In this document: positions 48,568-57,476 of the stretch, piece by piece | Layout of the letters: every line of letters begins with the position of its first letter | Position numbering within the stretch: the first letter of the stretch is position 1 | From: Phascolarctobacterium sp. | Lineage (GTDB): Bacteria; Bacillota; Negativicutes; Acidaminococcales; Acidaminococcaceae | NCBI GenBank assembly: GCA_045123075.1 | Contig: JBGVIJ010000027.1 | Location: forward strand, 11,857 to 75,856 | Reading direction: 5' to 3' | Length of the DNA: 64,000 nt | Program-made: the position numbers and the translations under genes | The notes under the pieces: generated by a model | Databases searched by the model: none | What the model was told of the DNA's origin: nothing | What the model saw: only the letters and a program-made list of their open reading frames with translations

Positions 48568-49860
48568 TTAATCTACATTTTTTGTAGTCATGATTGCTAA
48601 AATTTCTGCATCAGTATCTTTCATACCTTGGTTGCCAACGCGAGCCATATTCTTAATGCATTGTTCCGCAGTTTCTGCACAGATACCGTCACTTACTCGT
48701 AACGCAACATTGTTAACTGCGTGAATGGCACTCATCAAAGCAGCGAAAGAACCTGTAGAAACCTTCAATGCGCAACCAACTTTACCACCGTCGCACAACA
48801 TGCCAGTTACTGTTCCGCACATATTGCGAATAGCGTAAGTAATTTGTTCATCGTTACCACCTAATAGCCAAGTTATACCAGCGGACGCAGCGGTGGAGGA
48901 ACACATTACGCAGCTACACATAGGGGAAAGTTTACCAACATAAGCATTGATGTAGCGATTTACCAAATGAGCAAAGGCTAAAGCTTGCACAGTTTTAAGC
49001 TTGCTTGCGCCAATAACTTTGGCGGTTTCACTTACAGGTAAAATTACAACTAAACCTTTTGTCCCTGCACCAGAACTACTCATTGTAGGCAGCGGGCAAC
49101 CATCCAATCTACTTTCTGCAGCAGAAGAAACCTGCAAAACAATCTTATTAGCTAAGTCGTTGGCAAGTAAGCCTGCATTGATTTCCTTACGCAGATTTTG
49201 AGCAATGCCCACGCCAACTTCTTGGGTTTCAGAATAAGCGGCAAGACTTTCGTTCATTGCCACACCATCTAACATAAATTCCAGCTCTTCTTCGGTAACA
49301 GTAGTAACAAGCTTACGAATATCAGCAATAGTCATTTCCAGCAAAGCATTTACTAAAACATCATCGCCTGCAGTAGTGGTGGCAGTTTCTTTTTCCAAAA
49401 GCACTTCTCCATTACGAGACAAGTACACAATATTTGTATGAGCGTTTTGAATAACGCAAATTGCTTCTTCATTCTTGGAGCGGAGAATACATTTTACATA
49501 CAAGCTTTTGGCAGCGTCATCCACTTTAACGGACACTTTGCCGGCTTTAACCAAAGCTTCTGCTTTCGCCAAGATGTCATCATTAATATCTGCTAAAAGC
49601 TCTAAATTCTTCTCAGGATTTTTCAGGAAAGCACCAAGAGCGGCAGCCCAATCTAAACCAACCGTAGAACAGTTGGGAATCCCTGCAGACATACCATTTT
49701 TATAAATGCCTGCATTAGTAAAAACTTCTATAGTTTCTAGATTATCTTCTATTAATTTTCCTGCGTTTGCTGCACATAAAGCTATGCATACAGGTTCTGT
49801 ACAACCTAAAGCAGGAACAACATCTTTTCTTAAAAGTTCAAGCATTTGCTCTTTATTCAT
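48568..49860 (-). CDS. UPF0597 / CyuA(YhaM)-like L-cysteine desulfidase family protein
   Basis: About 430 aa. N-terminal VPALGCTEPV block typical of the serine-dehydratase-alpha-like UPF0597 family. Confidence 0.82.
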   Translation of the reverse strand: MNKEQMLELLRKDVVPALGCTEPVCIALCAANAGKLIEDNLETIEVFTNAGIYKNGMSAGIPNCSTVGLDWAAALGAFLKNPEKNLELLADINDDILAKAEALVKAGKVSVKVDDAAKSLYVKCILRSKNEEAICVIQNAHTNIVYLSRNGEVLLEKETATTTAGDDVLVNALLEMTIADIRKLVTTVTEEELEFMLDGVAMNESLAAYSETQEVGVGIAQNLRKEINAGLLANDLANKIVLQVSSAAESRLDGCPLPTMSSSGAGTKGLVVILPVSETAKVIGASKLKTVQALAFAHLVNRYINAYVGKLSPMCSCVMCSSTAASAGITWLLGGNDEQITYAIRNMCGTVTGMLCDGGKVGCALKVSTGSFAALMSAIHAVNNVALRVSDGICAETAEQCIKNMARVGNQGMKDTDAEILAIMTTKNVD

Positions 49861-49994
49861 AAGGCACACTCCATAATCAATCATTATTTAGATTATAAAA
49901 CATCACCCTTGCTTATACAACTTACAAAGCCAATAAGAAGCCTTTCTTCGCAACAAAAAAAGAGCTGACACAAAGTCAGCCCTCTTAAAAAATC

Positions 49995-51074
49995 TTATTT
50001 TTTGTTGCGATGATTTTTAGCGTCTTGGTCTACAAATTGTTTGGTTACAGGGTCAAATTCCAAACCGTTGTAAACGGTATTGATTTTAACTTTGCCAGCC
50101 AAAACGTCATCTTTCAATTTGGTCAATTTTTTAGCAACTTTTTTCGGAACTTGTTTGGAGATTGCCAAACGAACTACGTCCGGATTTTCCAAGCCGATTA
50201 CGGTTACAGCGTTGTTTTTCAAGGTGCCAGCTTTGTAGTCTTTAGCAGCGTTAATGATTGCAACACTGGAGTCAGCAACTGCAGAACCGATGAAGATCGG
50301 GGAAACTTCGGTCCAGTCAATTACGTTACCGATTTCTTTAACTTTGCCGTTGGTAGCTTCGATAGCATCGTTTACGCCAAAACGACCGCCGTTGAGCATG
50401 GTATAGATTACGTCTACGCCCATAGAGATTTCTGCTTCAGCAGCTTTAGCGTTGATTTCGTTGTTGTCCAAGTTACCGGTGAATTGGGTATAGAATTCAG
50501 CGTCTTTGTTAACGCGTTTCAAACCATCATAGAAAGCAGCGCGAGCTTGTACGCCCGGTTTCGGCCAAGCGCCGGAGATGTGACCAACTTTATCAGTTTT
50601 AGTCATGTAACCAGCCAAAGCACCTGCCAAGAAAGCGGATTGTTCTTGGTCAACTTTGTAGCTGCTTACGTTATCGCTTTTTACGCCACCTTGAATTACT
50701 ACGAATTGGATTTGGGGAAATTCTTTACTAACAGTTGCAACGGGAGCATTGCATTGGCCACCGTGAGCAATAATCAGTTTCGGTCCTTCTTGTGCAATTT
50801 TACGCAATTCTTCGGTCAGAACTTCTCTGTTAGAAGTAGCGGAAATTTCAGATACGCATTTAACATTGGTGGTAACTTCGTTAGCAATGCGGGTATAACC
50901 ACGATAACCAGCTTCCATGAAACCGTTATCTTTGGCAAAACCGGGAAGCATTACGGAAATTTCTGGAGTTTTTTCCAAATTACCGGCAGGAGTTTCAACA
51001 ACTGCTGCACTTGCTACGCTCATGAACAAGGAGCTGGCAAATATCATTGCGAGAACTTTTTTATTAAGCATCAT
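49995..51074 (-). CDS. BMP-family (PnrA-like) ABC transporter substrate-binding protein
   Basis: Signal peptide plus the GY..AGALAGYMT block typical of basic membrane protein / nucleoside-binding lipoproteins. Confidence 0.88.
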   Translation of the reverse strand: MMLNKKVLAMIFASSLFMSVASAAVVETPAGNLEKTPEISVMLPGFAKDNGFMEAGYRGYTRIANEVTTNVKCVSEISATSNREVLTEELRKIAQEGPKLIIAHGGQCNAPVATVSKEFPQIQFVVIQGGVKSDNVSSYKVDQEQSAFLAGALAGYMTKTDKVGHISGAWPKPGVQARAAFYDGLKRVNKDAEFYTQFTGNLDNNEINAKAAEAEISMGVDVIYTMLNGGRFGVNDAIEATNGKVKEIGNVIDWTEVSPIFIGSAVADSSVAIINAAKDYKAGTLKNNAVTVIGLENPDVVRLAISKQVPKKVAKKLTKLKDDVLAGKVKINTVYNGLEFDPVTKQFVDQDAKNHRNKK

Positions 51075-51189
51075 AAACACCCTCCTAAAATACTAGTCCC
51101 GTAAATTATATCTACGGCTCACCAGTCTGTCAATGAACCACCCCTCAAAAACAGCTATCATTAAACATTTAATTCAAGAAAATGCAAAA

Positions 51190-51222
51190 AAGCCTGTGCA
51201 AAAAGCACAGGCCTTATTTTTT
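51190..51222 (-). terminator. terminator downstream of the tRNA fragment
   Basis: The minus strand has ggcctgtgc-ttttt-gcacaggc followed by TTTTTT. Confidence 0.8.
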
Positions 51223-51225
51223 AAA

Positions 51226-51270
51226 TGGTGATCCCGGCCAGAATCGAACTGGCGACCTACTGCTTAGGAG
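51226..51270 (-). pseudogene. 3' half of a tRNA-Arg (anticodon CCU): anticodon loop to CCA only
   Basis: Reverse complement is CTCCTAA-GCAGT-AGGTC-GCCAG-TTCGATT-CTGGC-CGGGATC-A-CCA. The 5' acceptor, D arm and 5' anticodon stem are absent, and AT-rich DNA follows. Confidence 0.8.
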
Positions 51271-51480
51271 TTTTATTCATTTAAAATACCCTTGTTATTT
51301 CGAACAAAATTGTACAAAAATCTCACAAAATATATTAACATTGCTATAGTTTTGTGAACTTATTTTTATTATCAAATATGTCCAAAATAGTGTCGGTCTA
51401 TATTTGGTCTTTAAACATATAGTGTTTTCAATTGTAGTTTTATACAACACTTTATTCTCAATACTATTTCTGTTAGGGAT

Positions 51481-51648
51481 ATGGAAAGTGCTATTCCCTT
51501 CCCTAAAATGCTCAAAAAATTATCGGCACTATATGAAGAAAATAAAACCTTCTTCGTTGCATGGGGAACATCTGATTATAAAGTTTTAGACCAATGCTGC
51601 TATAAGCATAAGCTTTCAAATCCAATACAGAAGAAAGATTACCTTTAG
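51481..51648 (+). pseudogene. remnant of a DEDDh 3'-5' exonuclease (KapD-like) gene
   Basis: The short frame ...LSALYEENKTFFVAWGTSDYKVLDQCCYKHKL resembles the middle of KapD-type exonucleases. No N- or C-terminal parts remain. Confidence 0.35.
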
Positions 51649-51694
51649 TTATTCCGAAGCGCGAAAATTTAAATCATTTTAGAAGGTGTTGACA

Positions 51695-51732
51695 ACATAA
51701 AATTTATGACGTTTACGTCGTAAATTTTATGT
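51695..51732. promoter_or_regulatory. 17-bp-arm palindrome (candidate operator) upstream of the DUF4143 ATPase gene
   Basis: Arms acataaaatttatgacg and cgtcgtaaattttatgt differ at one position and abut a TTGACA hexamer. The CGTCGTAA core recurs at 51792. Confidence 0.5.
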
Positions 51733-51815
51733 TTAGTTCTTTATGATTGAGCAAAACCATGATATACTTTAGATGTAAATAACGACATTTGCGTCGTAAG
51801 TTTGAGGTGAGATAA

Positions 51816-53090
51816 ATGATTAAGCGAGATACATATTTACAGCAAATTATCCGTAATATGTGGAACGGTGAAATAAAGGTTATTACAGGTATTAGAAGAT
51901 GTGGGAAATCGGTACTGCTTTTTAACCTGTTCAAAGATTATCTTCTCTCCCAGAATATTCCAGAAGACAATATAATAAAGATAGAATTAGATCAAAGGCG
52001 TTATTATAAATTTAGAAATCCTATAACACTATGCGAATATGTTGAGAGCATTATTTCTAAAAAGAATGATGAGAAGTTCTATCTTTTCATTGACGAAGTT
52101 CAATTTACCATAAAGGTTGAAGACCCTGAAAATGATAACATTATAGTTTCTATTTACGATATGCTTAATGAACTTAAAGCTTATCCTAATCTAGACGTAT
52201 ATGTTACAGGCAGTAACTCTAAAGGTTTATCAAGAGACATTGCTACAGAATTCCGTGGCAGAGCGACTCAAATTCATGTTTATCCCTTATCATTTAAGGA
52301 GTTCTATGCATACATAGGTGGAGATGAAAGAAAAGCCCTTGAAAAGTATATGCTTTATGGTGGTATGCCACGTATATTATTCTTCTCTGATGATACGGAC
52401 AAGAAAAGGTATTTGACATCTCTATATGAAGAGCTATATGTAAAGGACATTATTGAACGTAATAAAATAGAACGCCCAGATATATTGAATGCAATTTTAG
52501 ATTTCTTGGCTTCACAGATAAGTTCTTTAACTAATCCTTCTAACATTTCTAATGCTTTAAGCAGTATGAGAAAAGAGAAAATAAATTCATCACTTGTGTC
52601 TAACTATGTACAGCACATTATAGACTCCTTCTTAATAAATATGGCCAAAAGATACGATATTAAAGGCAAAACTTATTTTAACTTTCCAAACAAATATTAT
52701 TATACCGATATAGGTCTCAGAAACGCGAGACTTAATTATCGTCAATATGACCCTGGCCATATAATGGAAAATATCATATATAATGAACTTCTTGTTCGAG
52801 GCTATTCAGTCGATGTCGGTGTTGTCGTAGACCGTACTAATGGACAAAATCTACAAAAAGAAATAGATTTTGTCGTAAATTCAGATGACAAAAAAATCTA
52901 CATCCAATCTGCATATCAGATGGATACGGATAAAAAGGAATCTTCTGAACTATCATCTCTGACTTTAACCAAAGATTTCTTTAAGAAAATCATCGTTAGG
53001 ATGGATATCCCTCATAATTATTATGACCAGAACGGAATATATCATTGCAATTTAATAGACTTGTTGCTTGGCAAGATAGATATCTTTTAG
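51816..53090 (+). CDS. AAA_14-type ATPase with C-terminal DUF4143 (restriction-endonuclease-like) domain
   Basis: Walker A TGIRRCGKS, Walker B LFIDEVQ, C-terminal EIDFVV block. Confidence 0.88.
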   Translation: MIKRDTYLQQIIRNMWNGEIKVITGIRRCGKSVLLFNLFKDYLLSQNIPEDNIIKIELDQRRYYKFRNPITLCEYVESIISKKNDEKFYLFIDEVQFTIKVEDPENDNIIVSIYDMLNELKAYPNLDVYVTGSNSKGLSRDIATEFRGRATQIHVYPLSFKEFYAYIGGDERKALEKYMLYGGMPRILFFSDDTDKKRYLTSLYEELYVKDIIERNKIERPDILNAILDFLASQISSLTNPSNISNALSSMRKEKINSSLVSNYVQHIIDSFLINMAKRYDIKGKTYFNFPNKYYYTDIGLRNARLNYRQYDPGHIMENIIYNELLVRGYSVDVGVVVDRTNGQNLQKEIDFVVNSDDKKIYIQSAYQMDTDKKESSELSSLTLTKDFFKKIIVRMDIPHNYYDQNGIYHCNLIDLLLGKIDIF

Positions 53091-53136
53091 TTGAAGCACG
53101 TGAAGAATGGGTTGCTACTCATTTAACAAAAAAACA

Positions 53137-53170
53137 GACTGCTTAAGCAGTCTGTTTTTTCTTTTCTAAT
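53137..53170 (+). terminator. intrinsic terminator
   Basis: aaaaaacagactgc-ttaa-gcagtctgtttttt. Confidence 0.85.
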
Positions 53171-53186
53171 ACTTCCATTATTTAAT

Positions 53187-53574
53187 TTAAGCTGTAGACG
53201 CTTCCTTATTATATTTGCATCCAACATCACAAAAGTCAGCAACGTTGCAATATCCTTGGCATTTATTCCCAGCTATTTTCTTCATTAATCTTATGAATTG
53301 CCGTACCGTGTGTGGCAAAGAGCATACTTTGTGGCTCAACGTCATAGTCCATATTTTTTAAGAGGAACATCTCACGTGTTCCTCTTATCAATTCAGTTAC
53401 GGAAAATTTCGCAAATCCTCTATCCTTGCAATTTGCAGCAAGGTTCCTAAGAGTAGGCTTACCCATACATCTTACTCGTTGGGGACACTTATTCAGACAA
53501 TCTCCAATCATTACCCTATCCCCATTAGGGAAATTATATGAAATTTCTAACAAAACACTTATATAATTCCACAT
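53187..53574 (-). pseudogene. internally deleted and frameshifted Cas4/RecB-like PD-(D/E)xK exonuclease remnant
   Basis: The 103-aa ORF has SVTELI..T...FLLK...HGTAIH. A different frame downstream encodes KCQGYCNVADFCDVGC, a C-terminal Cys-cluster-like tail. The nuclease core is missing. Confidence 0.4.
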
Positions 53575-53851
53575 CTATATCATCATTAAGATTCATATTG
53601 TTATGGATGTCAACAATCAGCACGAAAATGAATATCATATAAAACTAATTCTACATTTCATTGAACAGCAACATTAAATAATTGATAGTTATTAGCATTC
53701 AGCTGACTGAAATATAGTTGCCCTTTGTATTTATTGAAAACCGATATAATATTGGCTATAATTAAATTATGTAGGTGCCTAAAAGTTCAGGATGCACTAT
53801 CTGAAAAACTCAAACTATGGGTATTTATACTTTATATTGATGGAGTACGCA

Positions 53852-54031
53852 ATGGAAAAGGAAACTAAAGATTTATCATTTTTTAACGTCCATACATCTA
53901 CATCAGCAGAAGCTGGAGGTATTGATGCGAACATTTCCTTTGATGAATTAACTGACGATGAAAAAATTGATATTGTTGCAGCTAGAGTACTAAAAAGATT
54001 TAAACCTGCGTTCTTGGAGCTTGCAAAATAA
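53852..54031 (+). CDS. small orphan protein (59 aa), antitoxin-like tail ...RVLKRFKPAFLELAK
   Basis: GGAG lies 6 nt before the ATG. No adjacent toxin-sized partner on the same strand. Confidence 0.45.
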   Translation: MEKETKDLSFFNVHTSTSAEAGGIDANISFDELTDDEKIDIVAARVLKRFKPAFLELAK

Positions 54032-54121
54032 CCCATTTCAACAATAAAACACCGATACAAAAAGCCTTGTGCCAAAAGCAAACTTGCTATTGACTCAAGG
54101 CTTTATTTTTTACTACTAACA

Positions 54122-55318
54122 TTAGAACTTATTAAGCTCTGGTACTTCTATTGTTTTCCATTTAACAAATGGAACTGCTTGTTTTTCTTCTTCGTATAAG
54201 TGTTGGAAAGAGAATACTTTTTCATCAGGAAACAACCCCCAACAATATCTTGGAATCACATTATGAGGAACAATCCCAATAGTCTCATTTCCTTGCAGTC
54301 TTTGTGCGAGCAAAGCACCTTCCCTTATTTCAACCGGATAACCAAGTCGTTTTATGGCAATATAAAAATTGATAGATTCTAAGAATCTATTTTCAGAACT
54401 GCCAGCAACAACAAATACAAATCCTTTTTCATCTCTTTTTACAAAAAGATCCACATGAGTTGAATTACCCCCACGACATACTTCCCAAGGGTGTCCTCCA
54501 CCCTGTCGTTCCTCATACCATTTTGAAAAAGCGTCAGCATCATTAATTGGTAGATTTGATAAACCTTCATCACGACGGTCTGCATATTTTAAATATGCTT
54601 CGCGTGGATTCAGATTTTCAGTGTCATAATCATTTTCATCATAACCAGCTTTGCAACATTCAAAGAACATACCACTAGTCATAGCAGGTACCCTCTGTAA
54701 AGTGTTTTCAAAATTCTCTTCAGTTATTTCTAAATACTCTTTACGATTCTTGAAATCATCAAATTCACCATATGTTTTCTGATTATTTACTACTTTCCAT
54801 AACACCGCACGGTTGATACTACCAACTTTTTTGTTATAAGGAATTTGACTTAATATTTCAGCTTCATATTTTCCATTTTTAATAAGTAATACATGTTGTT
54901 GAATAAGCCTTTTGATATTCTTAACAACCTTTGTTGCAACCTCTACATCGTAATAAAAAAGTGAAGTTTTATCTTTTTCATAACACATATTAAGTTCTTT
55001 ATCAATGAAAAGAAACTGTCCACCATCACGGTTTTCAACAAAAGCTAAATTATGAAAATAATACTCTTCTGAATATTCAAATTCGTAGTTTTCTTTTATC
55101 TCTTGTTCAGTTGCCTCATTATCTTCTTCAAGAAATATATGTCGAAATTCATCATATGATGGTTTTGGTACTTTAATCCATATTTCTTTATATTCATCTT
55201 TCCCTATTCCATAGAAATCATTTTCAACAGACTTAATTTCGTTCATTAAATCTAAGCTAAAAGGCATGTGCATCCCCTTAAAAGCTCGTTTTATATATCT
55301 AATATCATCTGCTTCCAT
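54122..55318 (-). CDS. hypothetical protein (398 aa), no recognisable domain
   Basis: Long ORF. ATG lies 8 nt after AAGGAG. Followed by a terminator-like structure. Confidence 0.78.
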   Translation of the reverse strand: MEADDIRYIKRAFKGMHMPFSLDLMNEIKSVENDFYGIGKDEYKEIWIKVPKPSYDEFRHIFLEEDNEATEQEIKENYEFEYSEEYYFHNLAFVENRDGGQFLFIDKELNMCYEKDKTSLFYYDVEVATKVVKNIKRLIQQHVLLIKNGKYEAEILSQIPYNKKVGSINRAVLWKVVNNQKTYGEFDDFKNRKEYLEITEENFENTLQRVPAMTSGMFFECCKAGYDENDYDTENLNPREAYLKYADRRDEGLSNLPINDADAFSKWYEERQGGGHPWEVCRGGNSTHVDLFVKRDEKGFVFVVAGSSENRFLESINFYIAIKRLGYPVEIREGALLAQRLQGNETIGIVPHNVIPRYCWGLFPDEKVFSFQHLYEEEKQAVPFVKWKTIEVPELNKF

Positions 55319-55416
55319 CTCAATCACTCCTTACTGTAATACATAGATAAAAATATTGATGACAAAGGTTATATATTCATATTTTGTTCATGCTCGGATT
55401 TGTTTAATATTTTTTC

Positions 55417-55539
55417 TCATTCTTCATCAAGTTCTTCTAAAGTATACCACTTGGCTCCCTCTGATTGTTCTTTTTCAACTTGTTGCAACTCTTTGTATAA
55501 CTCTAACATTAGTCGCTTTTTATCAACATTTTTAGGCAT
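55417..55539 (-). CDS. 40-aa charged helical mini-protein (MPKNVDKKRLMLELYKELQQVEKEQSEGAKWYTLEELDEE)
   Basis: Not in the ORF track. GGAGGC lies 8 nt before the ATG. It sits 98 nt upstream of the 398-aa ORF on the same strand. Confidence 0.4.
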   Translation of the reverse strand: MPKNVDKKRLMLELYKELQQVEKEQSEGAKWYTLEELDEE

Positions 55540-55714
55540 AAGAAATGCCTCCAAAAATTAAACCCACTTTTTAGGATACATCAAAAACTAAATAAGTATA
55601 AACCCCTTAGGTTGATATTTTTATCAACTCATACAAAAGAAATACACCGCTAGAATTTATAATTATATGCATTATAACGGAAAATGAAATAATTTCTAAA
55701 GATATTCATACATA

Positions 55715-56407
55715 TTACTCGTCTACTTTTACAATTCTTTGGTACATCCATGCTGCTACTGACTCATTAACGCAGTAATCAACGTGAAAATGACCAAAAA
55801 ACCATTTTTGGTACATTAACATTTTCTCCAATTTAGAAAGCATTTGAGATGTTGGGCACGTATCCACATTAAAAGTTTCCTTTTGGTAATCAATAATAAA
55901 TCGCTTAGGTGCAGTATGTGTTATTACATAATCTACTTTGAAATCAACTTTCTTTAAATTATTAACTGCATTATCAAACTCATATAAAGAAAAATTTTCT
56001 TGTTTCCACCATGATATTGATTCTACCCTTAGATGCTTATCCACAGAGCTTGCTCCACCAAAAGCGAAGAAGGTTTTTCCTTCTATTTCATAAACTTCAC
56101 CACGCATGAGATGAAATATATTCTTTCTTACTTTATGAACCTTACCACCATATCTTTCTATAACAGGAAATTGATATAACAAGTCAAAATTCTCATGGTT
56201 CCCATCAACAAATAATATCTCAAAATTTTTCTCTTCAAGCCAATTTAACCAATATTCATCTTCTTTATCATTACACCATGGCAATCCAAAGTCCCCACAA
56301 ATAATTACTTTATCTCGCTCAGATATTTCCAAACGAAATAATTTAAGACTCTTGTTACTTAATCTTTTAGGATACCCGTGTATGTCACCAGTAATATATA
56401 TACTCAT
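55715..56407 (-). CDS. calcineurin-like metallophosphoesterase (copy 2)
   Basis: Same motifs as 9642-10328 and long identical runs: MSIYITGDIHGYP, DKVIICGDFGLPW, FEILFVDGNHENFDLL, FHLMRGEVYEIEGKTFF. Confidence 0.9.
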   Translation of the reverse strand: MSIYITGDIHGYPKRLSNKSLKLFRLEISERDKVIICGDFGLPWCNDKEDEYWLNWLEEKNFEILFVDGNHENFDLLYQFPVIERYGGKVHKVRKNIFHLMRGEVYEIEGKTFFAFGGASSVDKHLRVESISWWKQENFSLYEFDNAVNNLKKVDFKVDYVITHTAPKRFIIDYQKETFNVDTCPTSQMLSKLEKMLMYQKWFFGHFHVDYCVNESVAAWMYQRIVKVDE

Positions 56408-56668
56408 AAATCAAATTCCTTTCTTTATGATTCTCTTAATACACATTGAAAAATTCACTGTAAGTTTTTCATTTTAACCAATCATTTTTATAATTTTATC
56501 AAATAGCCACGTCAACCTTTGACACCTTATACTCACTTTATTGCTATTTTTTCGAAATCAAATTACTATTCTGTTGTATTTTCTCCAAATAATGTAATTC
56601 AATGTGAGTAAATGGAGCGAATATGAAAGAAAATATACTAATACCACGAAAAGTATGTCTTACAATTT

Positions 56669-57310
56669 CTAAAATATGTGTCCCCTACGTTTCATATCAG
56701 TCTTCACCTTTAGATAGAATGTAGAACTTGACATACCATATTTTCTCATCAGTGATTTTGCTGTTACTTTACCTTGTTCCCACAAATAGTAATCTTGTTC
56801 CCATTCTTCCGGTAATTCTTTTAATGGTCTACCAAACTTCTTGCCTCTCTTATGGGCAGCATCTATACCTTCTCTTTGCCTTTTTCTGATAGTTTCACGT
56901 TCCGTTTCTGCTAACGTTGATAACACTTCTATCAAAACGTTATTTACCATTTCCATAATTACCTTTTGAAATTTAGTATCAAACATTTCATAATCTATCA
57001 GAGTTGTTGGAAGATTAAGTATCCTGATTGTTACCCCTATCTCTCTGAAATATTCTAGATTTTCTTTAATCTCTTTTTTGTTCCTACCAAGCCTTTCCAT
57101 TTCATGAACATAAAGAGTATCACCCGATCTCAATGCCTGCTTCAATGCCATATACGCAGGTCTATTAAAATCCTTCCCTGACTGCTTATCTGCATATATA
57201 TCACGTTCATCCTTCACATACTGTCTTAAACTGTCTATTTGTCTGTCTAAATTTTGTTCTTTCGTGCTAACACGAATATAACCAAAAGTTTTTGGATTAA
57301 CTGCTTTCAT
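56669..57310 (-). CDS. small serine recombinase (resolvase/invertase family)
   Basis: FGYIRVSTKEQNLDRQ catalytic serine block and a C-terminal HTH. Confidence 0.93.
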   Translation of the reverse strand: MKAVNPKTFGYIRVSTKEQNLDRQIDSLRQYVKDERDIYADKQSGKDFNRPAYMALKQALRSGDTLYVHEMERLGRNKKEIKENLEYFREIGVTIRILNLPTTLIDYEMFDTKFQKVIMEMVNNVLIEVLSTLAETERETIRKRQREGIDAAHKRGKKFGRPLKELPEEWEQDYYLWEQGKVTAKSLMRKYGMSSSTFYLKVKTDMKRRGHIF

Positions 57311-57336
57311 TATTTCACCTCTTTCATTACTAAATA

Positions 57337-57450
57337 TGTCCTAAAATGTCTATCCACATTACGAGTATATCCAAAAATTATTTTTATACTTTTCAGGACA
57401 CTTTTACTATTGATATATCAATGTCCTAAAAAGTACACTTTTTAGGATAC
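57337..57450. promoter_or_regulatory. candidate res site of the serine recombinase
   Basis: Four copies of T(G/A)TCCT(A/G)AAAA in alternating orientation at 57337, 57390, 57422 and 57439. A perfect 14-nt palindrome attgatatatcaat lies at 57409-57422. Confidence 0.45.
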
Positions 57451-57476
57451 TAAGAATTTGATAAATCACATTCTTG

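Noticed and set aside
56621-56722. 33-aa + strand ORF with a GGAG RBS overlapping the 3' end of the resolvase gene
   Set aside because: It is short and overlaps a well-supported gene on the other strand. The peptide has no features, so it is probably fortuitous.
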